From Octopus sinensis (taxonomy: Eukaryota), in NCBI RefSeq assembly GCF_006345805.1, contig NC_043001.1:114762001-114826000 (forward strand): a DNA stretch of 64,000 nucleotides, given 5' to 3'. Shown here piece by piece: positions 40,985 through 53,272 of this stretch. The notes under the pieces were generated by a model. It ran no database searches. It was not told the origin of the DNA and was given only the letters and a program-made list of their open reading frames with translations. Within the stretch, counting starts at the first letter, position 1. Every line of letters starts with the position of its first letter. Made by a program: the position numbers and the translations under genes.

Positions 40985-41210
40985 AACATAAACACATGCA
41001 CGCACGGACGCACACACACACGCACACACATACACACACACACACACACACATGTATATATACATGCATAAAGATATATATACACAGAGGTACGTATGCA
41101 TACAGGCACACATACATAGGTGCAGGCGTGCGAGAGCAGAAATCTATACATATAAACTCAGGGTTTACACACTTATATTCACATAAATGTGAGTTTGTGT
41201 GAATGTGCTG

Positions 41211-41248
<38 letters not shown>

Positions 41249-41545
41249 GTGTGTGCGTGCGTGTGTGTGTGTCTGTTTATGTGTGCGTGTGTGATGATAA
41301 TAATTCTTTTGTATAATATTTGACTCTGTTGTATTTCTTTTAAAGAATACTAAACAGTTGTATATATATATAAATATATATGTATATGTATGTATATATT
41401 CAAGGAAGAGCGGAAATTTCGAAGTGCCTAAAGTCTCGTGATCTTTAAAACGAATGAGTGTATAAGGCCAACCATGAAGAACATACCTAATTCCTTTTAT
41501 GTACGAAAACATCAAAGGCATTTGCCAATGGAATATAATATAATG

Positions 41546-41612
<67 letters not shown>

Positions 41613-41873
41613 TGCATGTATATATATATTTATATATATATATACAAATATATATATATGCATGTATGTATATATATATGTATACATACATATGTTAGTG
41701 AATGTACATACACACACATATATGTATATATATGCATACATATATATATACACGTACACACACGCGCACACAAACAAACACACACATATCTATCTATCTA
41801 TTTATATATTTATCTATCTATCTATCGATCTATCTATCTATATTTATATATACATACATACACACACATACAT

Positions 41874-41957
<84 letters not shown>

Positions 41958-42506
41958 CATATATTATACATATATATATAGATAGATAGATACATACATA
42001 AATACATCCATACAGACCCCTACATGTCTGTGCGTATTAATTTATAAATACATAAATATATACATCCATTTGTATATATATATCTGTTGAGTATGTGTGT
42101 GTGTGTGTGTGCTCTTGTACACATCTATTTATGTAGGGGAAAGTATAAACTGTTAGGTAGGATTATTTTGGTCACACACATACACTAACAAGTTCTACTT
42201 ATACACAATTATATACCCACATGCATTTGTATCTATATAAACATTAATCCATCTTAAAATATACACACACAAACAGACACACGTGTATGTATGCATGTAT
42301 GTGTATGGGTATATTCCTAATATCAGTTTAGGGATACATATATGCATGCATGCTTATATACATACACACATACATACACACATACATACACACATACATA
42401 TACACATACATGCATACATACATACATACATACATACATACATACATACATACATACATACATACATACATACATACATACATACATACATACATACATA
42501 CATACA

Positions 42507-42538
<32 letters not shown>

Positions 42539-42600
42539 CACATATATGCATACATACAAGCATACATCCACATAACATATATTATAGGCATATACATCCA
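40985..42600. repeat. Cluster of (AC)n, (AT)n, (ATAC)n and (ATCT)n microsatellites
   Basis: Read directly; source of the many YI/HT/VC ORFs. Confidence 0.93.
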
Positions 42601-43775
42601 CTCATTTAAGTGAACATACACACACATCTCATCACGTGTAACATAGCCCAGACCACCCTTGATTCTATAGTTTATGTTATTATAAAAAATATTTTAATTC
42701 CATTATTGGTCGCAAGTAACTGTATAATGACATCAGAAAGAATAGTCTAATTGCGTTGATTTTTCTCTTTGGATTACCGATAAATATCTCGGGGCTTCGT
42801 ATCCTTGGGAGGAGCCTGGTTTTCTGAGTAACCAACCATCGCACATCTCATCATTCTTTGTTCTCCTTTACCAGTACTTCGCAATCTATTATATGTGTAC
42901 ATACTTACATGCATGCATATACATACGCACGTACATACACACACAAAAAAAATTTAGTTTCGTCAACAAAGAATAAATATACTAGTAGAATGATTTTTTT
43001 CAAAAGTCAACCCCAAATTTGGAAGAAAAATAGAACATATATATTCTTGCAAGATTCTATGAATACATACATACATAAATACATACATGCATACATAGAT
43101 ACACATACACACATGCACACACACACACACACACGCACACACACACACACATATATATGTATGTATATCTATTGTATTTGCAGTTTATGAAGCTACCGTA
43201 TGAAATGGATAAATTACCATGTAGAGGAGGTTTCAATCCTAATGGAATCAAGGAATATACAATGATTTCTGATATTCGATCAAAATCAAATATATGGAAG
43301 TGATGTTGTAATCTCACAATGGCGTGTGTGTGATTGCTGGTCGTTACTTTACTGAATATCTGAAAATTTATGAGATAAGAAGCAAAAAAAGTAACAGAAA
43401 AGATGTCTACGGAAGCATTTGATTAGAAAACCATCTTTGTTGACGTTTGAGCTACTTCATGATTTTCGTAACTAGGCTGTATTTAATCACAAATAAGAAG
43501 CAATGCCTTGACAGAATTTCCAGTGTTGTGGACGAAATGCTTTACCTAATATCATTTTAATTACGTGAGTTCGATAACAACCAGCATCGGTCTTGTTTTC
43601 CTTTGTTCCGAAGAGTGGGAAACATTTACACTCAACAACTCCGTGTTGTTCTAACCGACTGTACTTTCACTGCAAAATATGAGTGTCTTTGTGTCTGTGT
43701 TACACAGTGCTGTCATATATTCAACAATCTGTTGGATTGTGGACTCGATATGCGGACATAAAAAGGGCAAGCTTA

Positions 43776-44028
43776 CTGGGCATATGACATAGTGGTTAAG
43801 AGCGCGGGCTACTAACCCCAAGATTCCGAATTCGATTCCAAGCAGTGTCCTGAATAATAATAGTAAAAATAATAATTACATCGAAAAATACCTTAGAAAC
43901 GAGAACCAAGGTTCGAACTTTCCCCCAAGACACCTGATGAAAGCTGGAGGTTATATCAGCCGAAATATTGTGTTAACAAGAAACAAAATGAGGAAAAATA
44001 TCCGTCAAATATAAATAATGTAAATAAT
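43776..44028 (+). mobile_element. tRNA-Ser-like-headed SINE carrying a Penelope-like hammerhead tail
   Basis: Box A GACATAGTGGTTAAG, anticodon loop CT-ACT-AA, box B GAATTCGATTCC, an AAT-rich linker, then the hammerhead motif and an AT-rich end. Confidence 0.72.
43929..43974 (+). ncRNA. Minimal type-I hammerhead ribozyme motif, canonical core
   Basis: GACAC-CUGAUGA-AA-GCUGG(AGGUUAUA)UCAGC-C-GAAA-UA-UU-GUGUU. Stem I is GACAC/GUGUU, stem II is GCUGG/UCAGC, and stem III is the palindrome AUAU. Confidence 0.7.
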
Positions 44029-44096
44029 ATACTTCACGATGTTGTGCTGCTACTGTTAATATCTCGCTCTGAGATTATATATACATATATATATAT

Positions 44097-45422
44097 ATAT
44101 AAGAATGAATGTTTTTATATATAATGAACGTGAAATACAGGAAGGGACGAACACGGAACACAGACAAATCATTCGAAGCCTTCAATCTTCAGTCAGACAC
44201 CGAATCATCATAGCAAATTTCGGCTGTTCAATTCTGATATTTGCTCCAACTCGGCCAGCCCCAAGAAAAAAAACTAAGCTGTAAGCATTAGATTTCTTGG
44301 TAGAAGACAGGAATGTGAACGCACAAGACGGATGTGAATACAAGAGACGAAAACGAAATTGAAAACAGTAATGAAAAAACAAAATGTATATAACGGTGGT
44401 TGTCATACGACTTTAGACAAATGAACAAAACAACAACAACATAGCAGCTGGCGTAGAAATAATTACCGTTTCGGTAGCGGGGACACATGTTGGTCGAGAT
44501 ACGAAGGCCAACAGAATGGTTGAAGAAGCAGCAGGTCGCAGGAGAGAGAGAAAGAGAGACAGAGAGAGAGGGAATCAAAGAGGGTGGAAGGCAGGGGACA
44601 GAATCAGTGACCAAGAGAGAAGGAGAGAAAGAAGAAGGATTAAGGAGGATGGGAGGAAGAGGGGAGGAGGATGGGAGGAAGGGAGGAAGAGAGGGGAAGA
44701 ATCGGAGGGCGCCAAAAAAGTTTGGTGAAGAAGCAATGGCGGGTAGTAAAAGACAGTGTGTAAAGAAGTCATGCAGGGTTTAAAATTGGACAAACAAACG
44801 GGGGGGTGCACGTAACGCCGCAATAATATAAGAATGAATGTTTTTATATATAATGAACGTGAAAACAGGAAGGGACGAACACGGAACACAGAAAATCATT
44901 CGAAGCCTTCAATCTTCAGTCAGACACCGAATCATCATAGCAAATTTCGGCTGTTCAATTCTGATATTTGCTCCAACTCGGCCAGCCCCAAGAAAAAAAA
45001 CTAAGCTGTAAGCATTAGATTTCTTGGTAGAAGACAGGAATGTGAACGCACAAGACGGATGTGAATACAAGAGACGAAAACGAAATTGAAAACAGTAATG
45101 AAAAAACAAAATGTATATAACGGTGGTTGTTATAACGACTTTAGACCAAATGAGACAAAACAACAACAACATAGCAGCTGGCGTAGAAATAATTACCGTT
45201 TCGGTAGCGGGGACACATGTTGGTCGAGATACGAAGGCCAACAGAATGGTTGAAGAAGCAGCAGGTCGCAGGAGAGAGAGAAGAGAGACAGAGAGAGAGG
45301 GAATCAAGAGGGTGGAAGGCAGGGGACAGAATCAGTGACCAAGAGAGAAGGAGAAAGAAGGGATTAAGGAGGATGGAGGAAGAGGGGAGGAGGATGGGAG
45401 GAAGAGAGGGGAAGAATCGGAG
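44097..45422 (+). repeat. About 600-bp direct duplication (44097-44706 and 44826-45422), period about 729 bp
   Basis: Near-identical copies that differ mainly in GA-rich tracts, separated by an about 120-bp unique spacer. Confidence 0.93.
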
Positions 45423-45517
45423 ACTCTCGCATATATATATACATATATATATATATGCGAGAGTCATGTATTTATACACTTATCTCGCTCTGAGATGTAT
45501 TATATATATATATATAT

Positions 45518-45550
<33 letters not shown>

Positions 45551-45723
45551 TATGTGAGTGTCAAATATTTATACACTTATACACTTATACACATGCATAT
45601 GTGTGTGTGAGAGAAAGACTTATTTCGTATACATCCTTAGACATATATGTAAGTATATGTAATAGAAATGCATACATACATACATACACACACACATATT
45701 TACATACATACATACATACATAC

Positions 45724-45754
<31 letters not shown>

Positions 45755-46792
45755 CATACATACATACACAGATACACAAATGTGTGTGTCCGTGATATAT
45801 GTAAATGAAGATTGTCCCTTGTGTTTGTGTGAATTTGTGTGAATGAAAGCCTTTGAATGTTAAAACGTAGAATCTATTTTCTCAAAAGTGTGTTTGTATT
45901 AACTATAGAAACAAGTGTCTGGGGAGTAACTAATGCAAGCCTTTTATTAATTTATAACGGACCATCATAATATTATGATATAGTTGGAATTCTTATGAAT
46001 ACATTATACGTATTTCTAATCATTGTTGATTTCAGTAACTCTCTGTTAAATCATGTTTAATTCTTTAATAGTGTGATTTGCTCGAGTCCATTAATTTAAC
46101 ACAATCTCAGGATCACTTTTTATGAGATGATAATTAACATCATAAAGATCAACCACTTTCCAATTTGTTTCATTACTTAATATTCATTTATGAAACACGC
46201 TGGTGGATTACGGTAAAATTCAAAATAAGTGCAAAGTGGTAGAGCTTTTCACTCGCTAATAAATAATTAAGGAGAAGTGTAGCAGTTCAAATATTGTTGG
46301 TTACAGTGAAGAAAGTAAAGATTGAGTGATGTTTTGACCTCATTCCTTTTATCGATAAAGAGAAGTCAGATTTAATGTTGTGATCGAATATATTTCAACC
46401 GTAACATAAGGACATCTATTCCTTTGTCTATAAAAGGCATGCGCAAAAACGTCCACCACAGCTACATTTATATGAATGGTTACGCTTCTGCTATAAACAT
46501 TTATTTTGACCTCAATGGTTCATCGCTATCTATTTGATGAATTCGAGAAGAATGCGAATCAATTTTCTGAATCAGAAACGAAGACGACTCAAATTACTAA
46601 TAGCTTGCCATTCTTATGTCCGCATATCGAGTCCACAATCCAACAAATATGAGAGAGTCATATATTTATACATATACATATGTGTGTGAGAGTAAAACTT
46701 ATATCGTGCATATACGTGGTAATTAATATTAAAACTTTAGATATATATATGTAAGTATATGTAACAGAAATACATATATATATATATATTAT

Positions 46793-46828
<36 letters not shown>

Positions 46829-47149
46829 GCGAGAGAGATCAAAGAAGAATGTCATTAAGGAAATTTAACTACACGTGGTAACTTATAGTGAAAACATATA
46901 TAATAAAGGAAGGAAAATCCACAGAATACATATATTTCTATATTTCTAAAGAATTTTAAAGGACTGAATATCGTGATAGTAAAACAGTTTCGCCTTTCGC
47001 TAATCATGTATTTGAAATTGGCGAAAATATTGCAATTCCGTATTTCCATAAGAGGATATTAGTCAATGTTGCTTGTCAATGAATCAGCACATAGAAAAAA
47101 TCTGAGGGGAATTAATTGCTGAGCGTTAATGGAAGAAATTGCACGTTTT

Positions 47150-47480
47150 TGTGAGGGTACACTTTTTGTAGGGTACACATTCTGGAGAAGTTGAAATTAT
47201 ATAAACTCACGAACTAAAGTAGTGACATAACACAGTGTTGGTTATGCGATCATGAATTGAGATATTTACAAAAGCCAAGATCGGTTTTCCGTTCCATCAC
47301 AGCACTAAGACAGAATTAATTCATTTCCACTGATCCTGTTCTCTCTAACAGCATGCGAAGACATATAAGAGAGAAAATACGATCTCATAACCTTCAAATG
47401 GATGAATATTTCCAAGAAATTCCAGATAAACCACTTACACCCGAATATATCTCTGCAAATAATAACTCTTTCCTTGACTT
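47150..47480 (+). mobile_element. Possible decayed CR1-group LINE 3' end
   Basis: ILEKLKLYKL...ALRQN*FISTDPVLSNSMRRHIRE...MDEYFQEIPDKPLTPEYISANNNSFLD resembles the post-RT tail LDxYLxxIPDxP...NNSLLD. Resemblance from memory. Confidence 0.45.
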
Positions 47481-47598
47481 GAATATGAACCACCGTTAAA
47501 TGTCTTTTCCATGTGGCACTAGTTAAGTTAGCTCTAGTCTGGGCCAAATCTGGCTGAAACTTTTCTAAGTATTCTAAGTATTATATTACATAACACTA

Positions 47599-47821
47599 TA
47601 CTCTTTACTCTTTTACTCTTTTACTTGTTTCAGTCATTTGACTGCGGCCATGCTGGAGCACCGCCTTTAGTCGAGCAAATCGACCCCGGGACTTATTCTT
47701 TGTAAGCCCAGTACTTATTCTATCGGTCTCTTTTTGCCGAACCGCTAAGTGACGGGGACGTAAACACACCAGCATCGGTTGTCAAGCAATTCTAGGGGGA
47801 CAAACACAGACACACAAATAT

Positions 47822-47862
<41 letters not shown>

Positions 47863-48034
47863 CATATATACGACAGGCTTCTTTCAGTTTCCGTCTACCA
47901 AATCCACTCACAAGGCATTGGTCGGCCCGGGGCTATAGCAGAAGACACTTGCTCAAGATGCCACGCAGTGGGACTGAACCCGGAACCATGTGGTTGGTTA
48001 GCAAGCTACTTACCACACAGCCACTCCTGCGCCT
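47599..48034 (-). mobile_element. SINE family C, full length (tRNA head, CORE-like domain, internal microsatellite, family-A-like domain, (AAAGAGTA)n tail)
   Basis: Head AGGCGCAGGAGTGGCTGTGTGG; 3' part GGCGGTGCTCCAGCATGGCCGCAGTC...GAAACAAGTAAAAGAGTA. Confidence 0.9.
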
Positions 48035-48604
48035 ATGTATATATTTAAAAGATATCATCTAATGTTAGCAACTTTAATAAATCTATAAGTACATATTCAA
48101 TTGGTTGCCCCGAATAAACCTCTTCTTCACGTTATTTTTTTAATACTAAGCAAATGAAATCTTCGTACTGCTATATTTTCATGACAATATGTGAATATAT
48201 ACAGAAGAGTAAGAGCAGCAGTAGAACGAGAACTTAACTTGTTGCGATATGAATATCAAAAATTGCTACAGTTCATATGAAGAGTAAATCTGTAGCGTTA
48301 AAGCCACATGAAATAATGATAAGAGAGACATGATAGCTTAACGGGCCGAAATTCTGGGGTGATTGTACCAAATAAAAAAAAACTGTCTAATCGAATGATA
48401 TAGTACATGTAAAGGAGTATCAGCATTCAGGCCATATTGCATTTTGTATTTATTTAAAAGTATATTAAATCCTCGGTTTGTAGTCTAAAACATTAAATAA
48501 AAATAGTCAGATGATATAGAATTTCATATTCATTGTTTAACAGAACAGGAAAGAAACCTCATATATAGTCTATTTTGTATGAGTGTAGAGATTGTCAAGA
48601 AATA

Positions 48605-50360
48605 CACAGGTAAATAGAAGCACTTTTCTCCGAAAATATTTACCTTTTCTAAATACATATTGGTTGTTGATTCCAAAGCTGTCTTTTGTGATTTGTATCT
48701 CCATCACTACCACCACCACCACCAGCACGTCTAGCTTTTCAAATATATCAGTTTTATATTTCTGAAACTTATCAATATGTAATAAGCATGAAATAACATT
48801 TTATACACTTGAACGGAAATGCACAGCATACCAGCATACACTTGATTAATTCATACATAATTAACTGGAACGTAAGTTATTAAATAAAAAGATTCAATTA
48901 GATGCACATGTAAGTGAAGAATATGCGTTATACAAGATTTTTTTCTTTTAATATGATTTTATCTTATCAACTTAGTCTGGGTCATCATGATATACCATGC
49001 AACTGCAATCAGTTTTCAAGCAAGCTGTTACACATTCCTTCCAATATTTGTTAGCTTACTGCGTCGAAACTTTTTGATGACAATCTAGATAGAAATATAA
49101 AATGGTTATTCTTAAAAACAACCGGCAACCCATTTCTTTAAAGGCTATATGAGAGTTTTCAACTTCCTCATCATTTGTTCCTTTCTAAGAATCTTTCAAA
49201 ATGTCTCTACTTACACATGCTACCAAAATGCACGACTTCAATTTCACCACATTCACACTTGCAAAAATTTAGTTTTAGAGAAATAGCAGAATCTACCTGA
49301 ATTGACTTTACCATTTGATATAACAAGATTTTTCATGAAAAGAAGTTTCATACGGGAAGGTGGTACACTTTATAATCTTAGACTCAGTTAAAGAGACTGT
49401 TTAGATAGTTCTCATTCATACGCCATTCATGGTTATTTGGCTGGTATGTGGTAGCCCGAATATCCCATAAGCACAAGGAAGAAAAGTACTTCGAAAGTCC
49501 TTTAGCGTGCCAATCACTTTGACATTTTCACAGAGATTCCGTTAATGAATATGTTATTAGAAGTTGTCAAGCATTATATAGCATAATATTAATATTATAA
49601 TATATTTTCTGAAGGTAGATAAAGTGAAAATGGTAATTCATAGCTACTCAAGTTCTTGCCACGTAAGTACTATTACTATTTCTTTCAAAGATTTTTGTGA
49701 TGGATCGACAGTCTGAAGCTACATAAATGTGACACAGCTTTGTAAAAAGTTCATGACATTTCAAACGCAGAGCGAGCTATCTACATCAAAGTATACTACT
49801 ACTTTTGCTTTCGATAGCGACTCACTTACAAGTTTTAGTGAAAAACTTTCCTCCTTTCCCGAAGCCTGAGACATAAGCCTTCTTTTTCAAGAGTAACAAT
49901 TCTATAACGACATCGTTAAATAGCACTTGATAAAAGAACTTTAGATCCAAATTATTTTCCGGTGTATATTCAGAAATATTAGCATACTCACTAACTGAAC
50001 ATTCATCACGCTCTATTTCATTATTTATATGAAGCTAGTCGTCCATTTGGAAATAGAAAATGAGTACTATTTTGTTATGATTGACTGGTGTACGTACGGA
50101 ACTTGGGTTTCGATTGGCAATCCTGTTTGACCTTTTGTAAGAAAATACAGTTTTGCTAATGCTACGAAATAATTCAGGATGGTGTTATCTTTTCCGTTGC
50201 ATATCATGAGTTGGGGCATAAATTATTGAGAGTCTCTGTTCTATCAACCATTGCGATAGAGTGCCAATTCGATATGGTGCCTCCTCCAGAAGATGTCTCA
50301 GGTATCTTTTCGAGAAAAAAGCATATTTGAAAGAATTTCATATTATTCATTGTGATAGTT
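48605..50360 (-). pseudogene. Highly decayed Chapaev3-like (CMC superfamily) transposase
   Basis: Collinear minus-strand motifs across frames: PSSVRTPVNH (50077-50106), FYQVLFNDVVIEL, VDPSQKSLK (about 49683-49709), NLCENVKVIG, LCLWDIRA (about 49453-49477), VPPSRMKLLFMKNLV (49322-49366), FKEMGCRLFLRI...YLD (about 49085-49142), FDAVS. The remembered consensus is PSAIRPVPH, FTQxELNDLVRDL, IDSSKxSLK, ICGDLKV, LCLWDSRA, LPPLHIKLGLMKNFV, MGCxMSLKxHFLHSHLD, LGAVSDE. Boundaries are approximate. Confidence 0.75.
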
Positions 50361-50412
50361 CATAGTTGTGTTAAATAAAAAGGGTGATCATAATTACACA
50401 TACTGAAAAATC

Positions 50413-51679
50413 AGACAACTTTATTTGCATCCTTCGGGTTCCCTGAAATAAATTATTATTACATGGTGATGGATTGGAGGAAGTGTTGGAGAATCTGCTG
50501 AGATAGTTTCCGTTACTGTTTCTAGTTTTTTTACGTTTTGAATTTTTGGATGGTTCTTTGCTCGGTTTTATACCACCATATGAGCTTCGGTTGTCAGGAA
50601 CAAAAAAAAACTCTGAAACAAGCAATCAGGAAAAGCAGTTTGAGCCTTATTTCTATGCTAGAAATAAGGCTCAAGCTGCTTTTTCGTCTTCCGTGATTTC
50701 TCCGAAAGCAATATTTTTCATTAATCAGTTAAATCAGTCAGTTTATTTGCATTTACAAAGCATCGACTATATATAAATAGTTGCAATTTAGTTTGAGGCA
50801 ACAAAAACAAGACATTGTCAATATTATAGACGTAAGGCGGCAAGCTGGCAAAATCGTTAGCACGCCGCACGGAATGCTGTGACATTTCCTCTTTGTTTAC
50901 GATCTGAGCTCAAATTCCGCCGAGTGCGACTTTGCATTTCCACATTTCGGGGTCGATAAAATAAGTGCCAGTTGAGCAGCGGGGTCGATGTAATCGACTT
51001 GCACTCTCCACTACATTAGCTGCCCTTGCATCAAAATGTGAAACAAGTGCTATATGCGTCAGTAACGTTATGATAAGGTAATTATGAATCATGAAATATT
51101 TTCAAAATATATGCAGACCATATTTTATGACACGTTGGTTCACACTGATAATAAAATATAGGCTAACTAAAAGAACATTTTTCTGAACAACACTCGGTAA
51201 TACATGGACTTGTTATAAGATAGTTCAAAAACAACAGAGATGTATATGCCCTTTAAAATTTTATGAATTCCTTTAAAATGTATATAACTGAGGACAAAAT
51301 AACAGGGGAGAAATTAAATGCATAAGCCATGAAAATAGAAAAATAATATCATTTAGTAACGAAAGGAGCAGCGCTTGCCAGGTTCGTATCAGTGTCTTCA
51401 AATATTTATAGAAAGGAAGAACGAAAATAATCCTCAAATCAGAAATCTTTCCTGATTGCTTGTTTCAGAGTTTTTTTGGGTTTTTTTTCTGTTCCAGACA
51501 ACCGAAGCTCATATGGTGGTATAAAACCGAGCAAAGAACCATCCAAAAATTCAAAACGTAAAAAAACTAGAAACAGTAACGGAAACTATCTCAGCAGATT
51601 CTCCAACACTTCCTTCAATCCATCACCATGTAATGGCAATTTATTTCAAGGAACCCGAAGGATGCAAATAAAGTTGTCT
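50413..51679. repeat. Long inverted repeat: about 225-bp arms (50413-50635 and 51447-51679) with an about 810-bp spacer
   Basis: The arms are reverse complements with few differences, which is why ORFs 50371-50625 (-) and 51476-51787 (+) encode the same peptide. No TSD seen. Confidence 0.93.
50834..51045 (+). mobile_element. SINE family A copy inside the inverted-repeat spacer
   Basis: AAGGCGGCAAGCTGGCAAAATCGTTAG head and TTTCGGGGTCGATAAAATAAGTGCCAG core. Confidence 0.82.
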
Positions 51680-52244
51680 CTGGCAGGATTTGAACACAAC
51701 GCACAAAAGTTTACGCATATGCTATCCTTCCTTATGACGTACGCGCTTACAGTTCTACCAATTAGCCACTACGAAGAATTACTCTAGGAATGCAAAAACA
51801 TGTCAGATACAGATCAATTCGTCACCCAAAGAGACAACATCAAAAATAAATACAAACAAAATATGCTATGATACATATGTCAATGGCACTTAGGCATTTT
51901 GCAAACATACAGATCTAGACACAAATTCAGAACACGTGCATATATTCGGTATTTAGAGCATGTCCACTAATGTTGTACAAATAATTATAAAAGATTAAAT
52001 GATATGTTGCCTGCCATTCAACCGAAGAATTGGACAACGTGTCATTTTCCATAGAAATATCCTAAGAAAAATATTATTTCCATCGGGGAGAAAAATACGT
52101 TTATATTTGCAAACACAGCAAAACTAATAAAATGCTGTATGCGGTCAAAACAACTGTTACCTTATTAATTTATCAAGATATACATATGCAGAAAATATGT
52201 ATAAATATTAATGAAAACGAACTACTTAAAATTTATGTTTGGTT

Positions 52245-52308
<64 letters not shown>

Positions 52309-52510
52309 CCATTATCATCATCATCATCATCACCATTATCATCATCATTATCATTATTATTAGTATTATCATTATCATCATCATTATTATTATTATCATT
52401 ATTATTAGTATTATCATTATCATCATCATTATTATTATTATCATGATTATGATGATCATCATCATCATCATCTTCATCACCATCATCATCATTATTATAA
52501 TTATTACTAT
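52245..52510. repeat. (ATC)n/(ATT)n microsatellite; a second tract lies at 53056-53280
   Basis: Read directly. Confidence 0.95.
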
Positions 52511-52619
52511 TCTTAAAGCAAACCGACTTTTGTCTTCTGAATTCAAATTCAATCCAGTCCTTTGTTTTTTATCATTTTGGGGTCGATAAGATAAGTACCA
52601 GTTGATCACTGTGGTCTTG

Positions 52620-52870
52620 TTTACTCTGGTTCCCGTTGTAAGAGCGGGAAACAGCCTGCTGCCAGAGGAGGTCTCAAAGTATATCTTTCCGCACATTAAA
52701 AGGTTCGATACTTGGTTGTTAAATATCGTGGTAGGCATTCCAGATACCGATCACAAAATCCTAGCTGTCCCCAGCAGAGCAATTTATTGGGATTGCTCTG
52801 CTCTTATGTCAATTCCGATTTCTCTGACATATTTCTCGAACTTAGTTATTAGTGCCTCGAGCGCCCTACG
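52620..52870 (-). mobile_element. 3' end of an R4/Dong-type LINE abutting a truncated family A SINE (52515-52615, plus strand)
   Basis: ALEALITKFEKYVREIGIDIRAEQSQ*IALLGTARIL; the 3' UTR resembles 16764-17024. Confidence 0.75.
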
Positions 52871-53054
52871 TTTTTTTAAAACTTTTGTATATTATGCGTA
52901 TGGCCCTTCTTTTTCATCGTATACTGTGTATACATACTTTCTTTCTTTCACCTGTTTTATCATTTCTCTATATGTAACCCCCCAAAAAAACTTTCCGTCT
53001 TACGTCTGTCTTTGTATTGTCCCCATCACCCTTCGCCATTGTGGGAAATAAATG

Positions 53055-53091
<37 letters not shown>

Positions 53092-53099
53092 TATTATTA

Positions 53100-53142
<43 letters not shown>

Positions 53143-53217
53143 TATTATTATTTTATTATATTATTATTATTATTATTATTATTATTATCATTATTATTAA
53201 TATTATTATTATTATTA

Positions 53218-53272
<55 letters not shown>

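Noticed and set aside
44160-44212. Minus-strand CTGAAGA...CTTCGAAT hammerhead-like string (duplicated near 44900)
   Set aside because: GAAT instead of GAAA, a very small stem II and no stem I pairing.
50371-51787. Two ORFs encoding the same peptide, suggesting a duplicated gene
   Set aside because: A by-product of the inverted repeat; no splice or start context and no recognisable domain.
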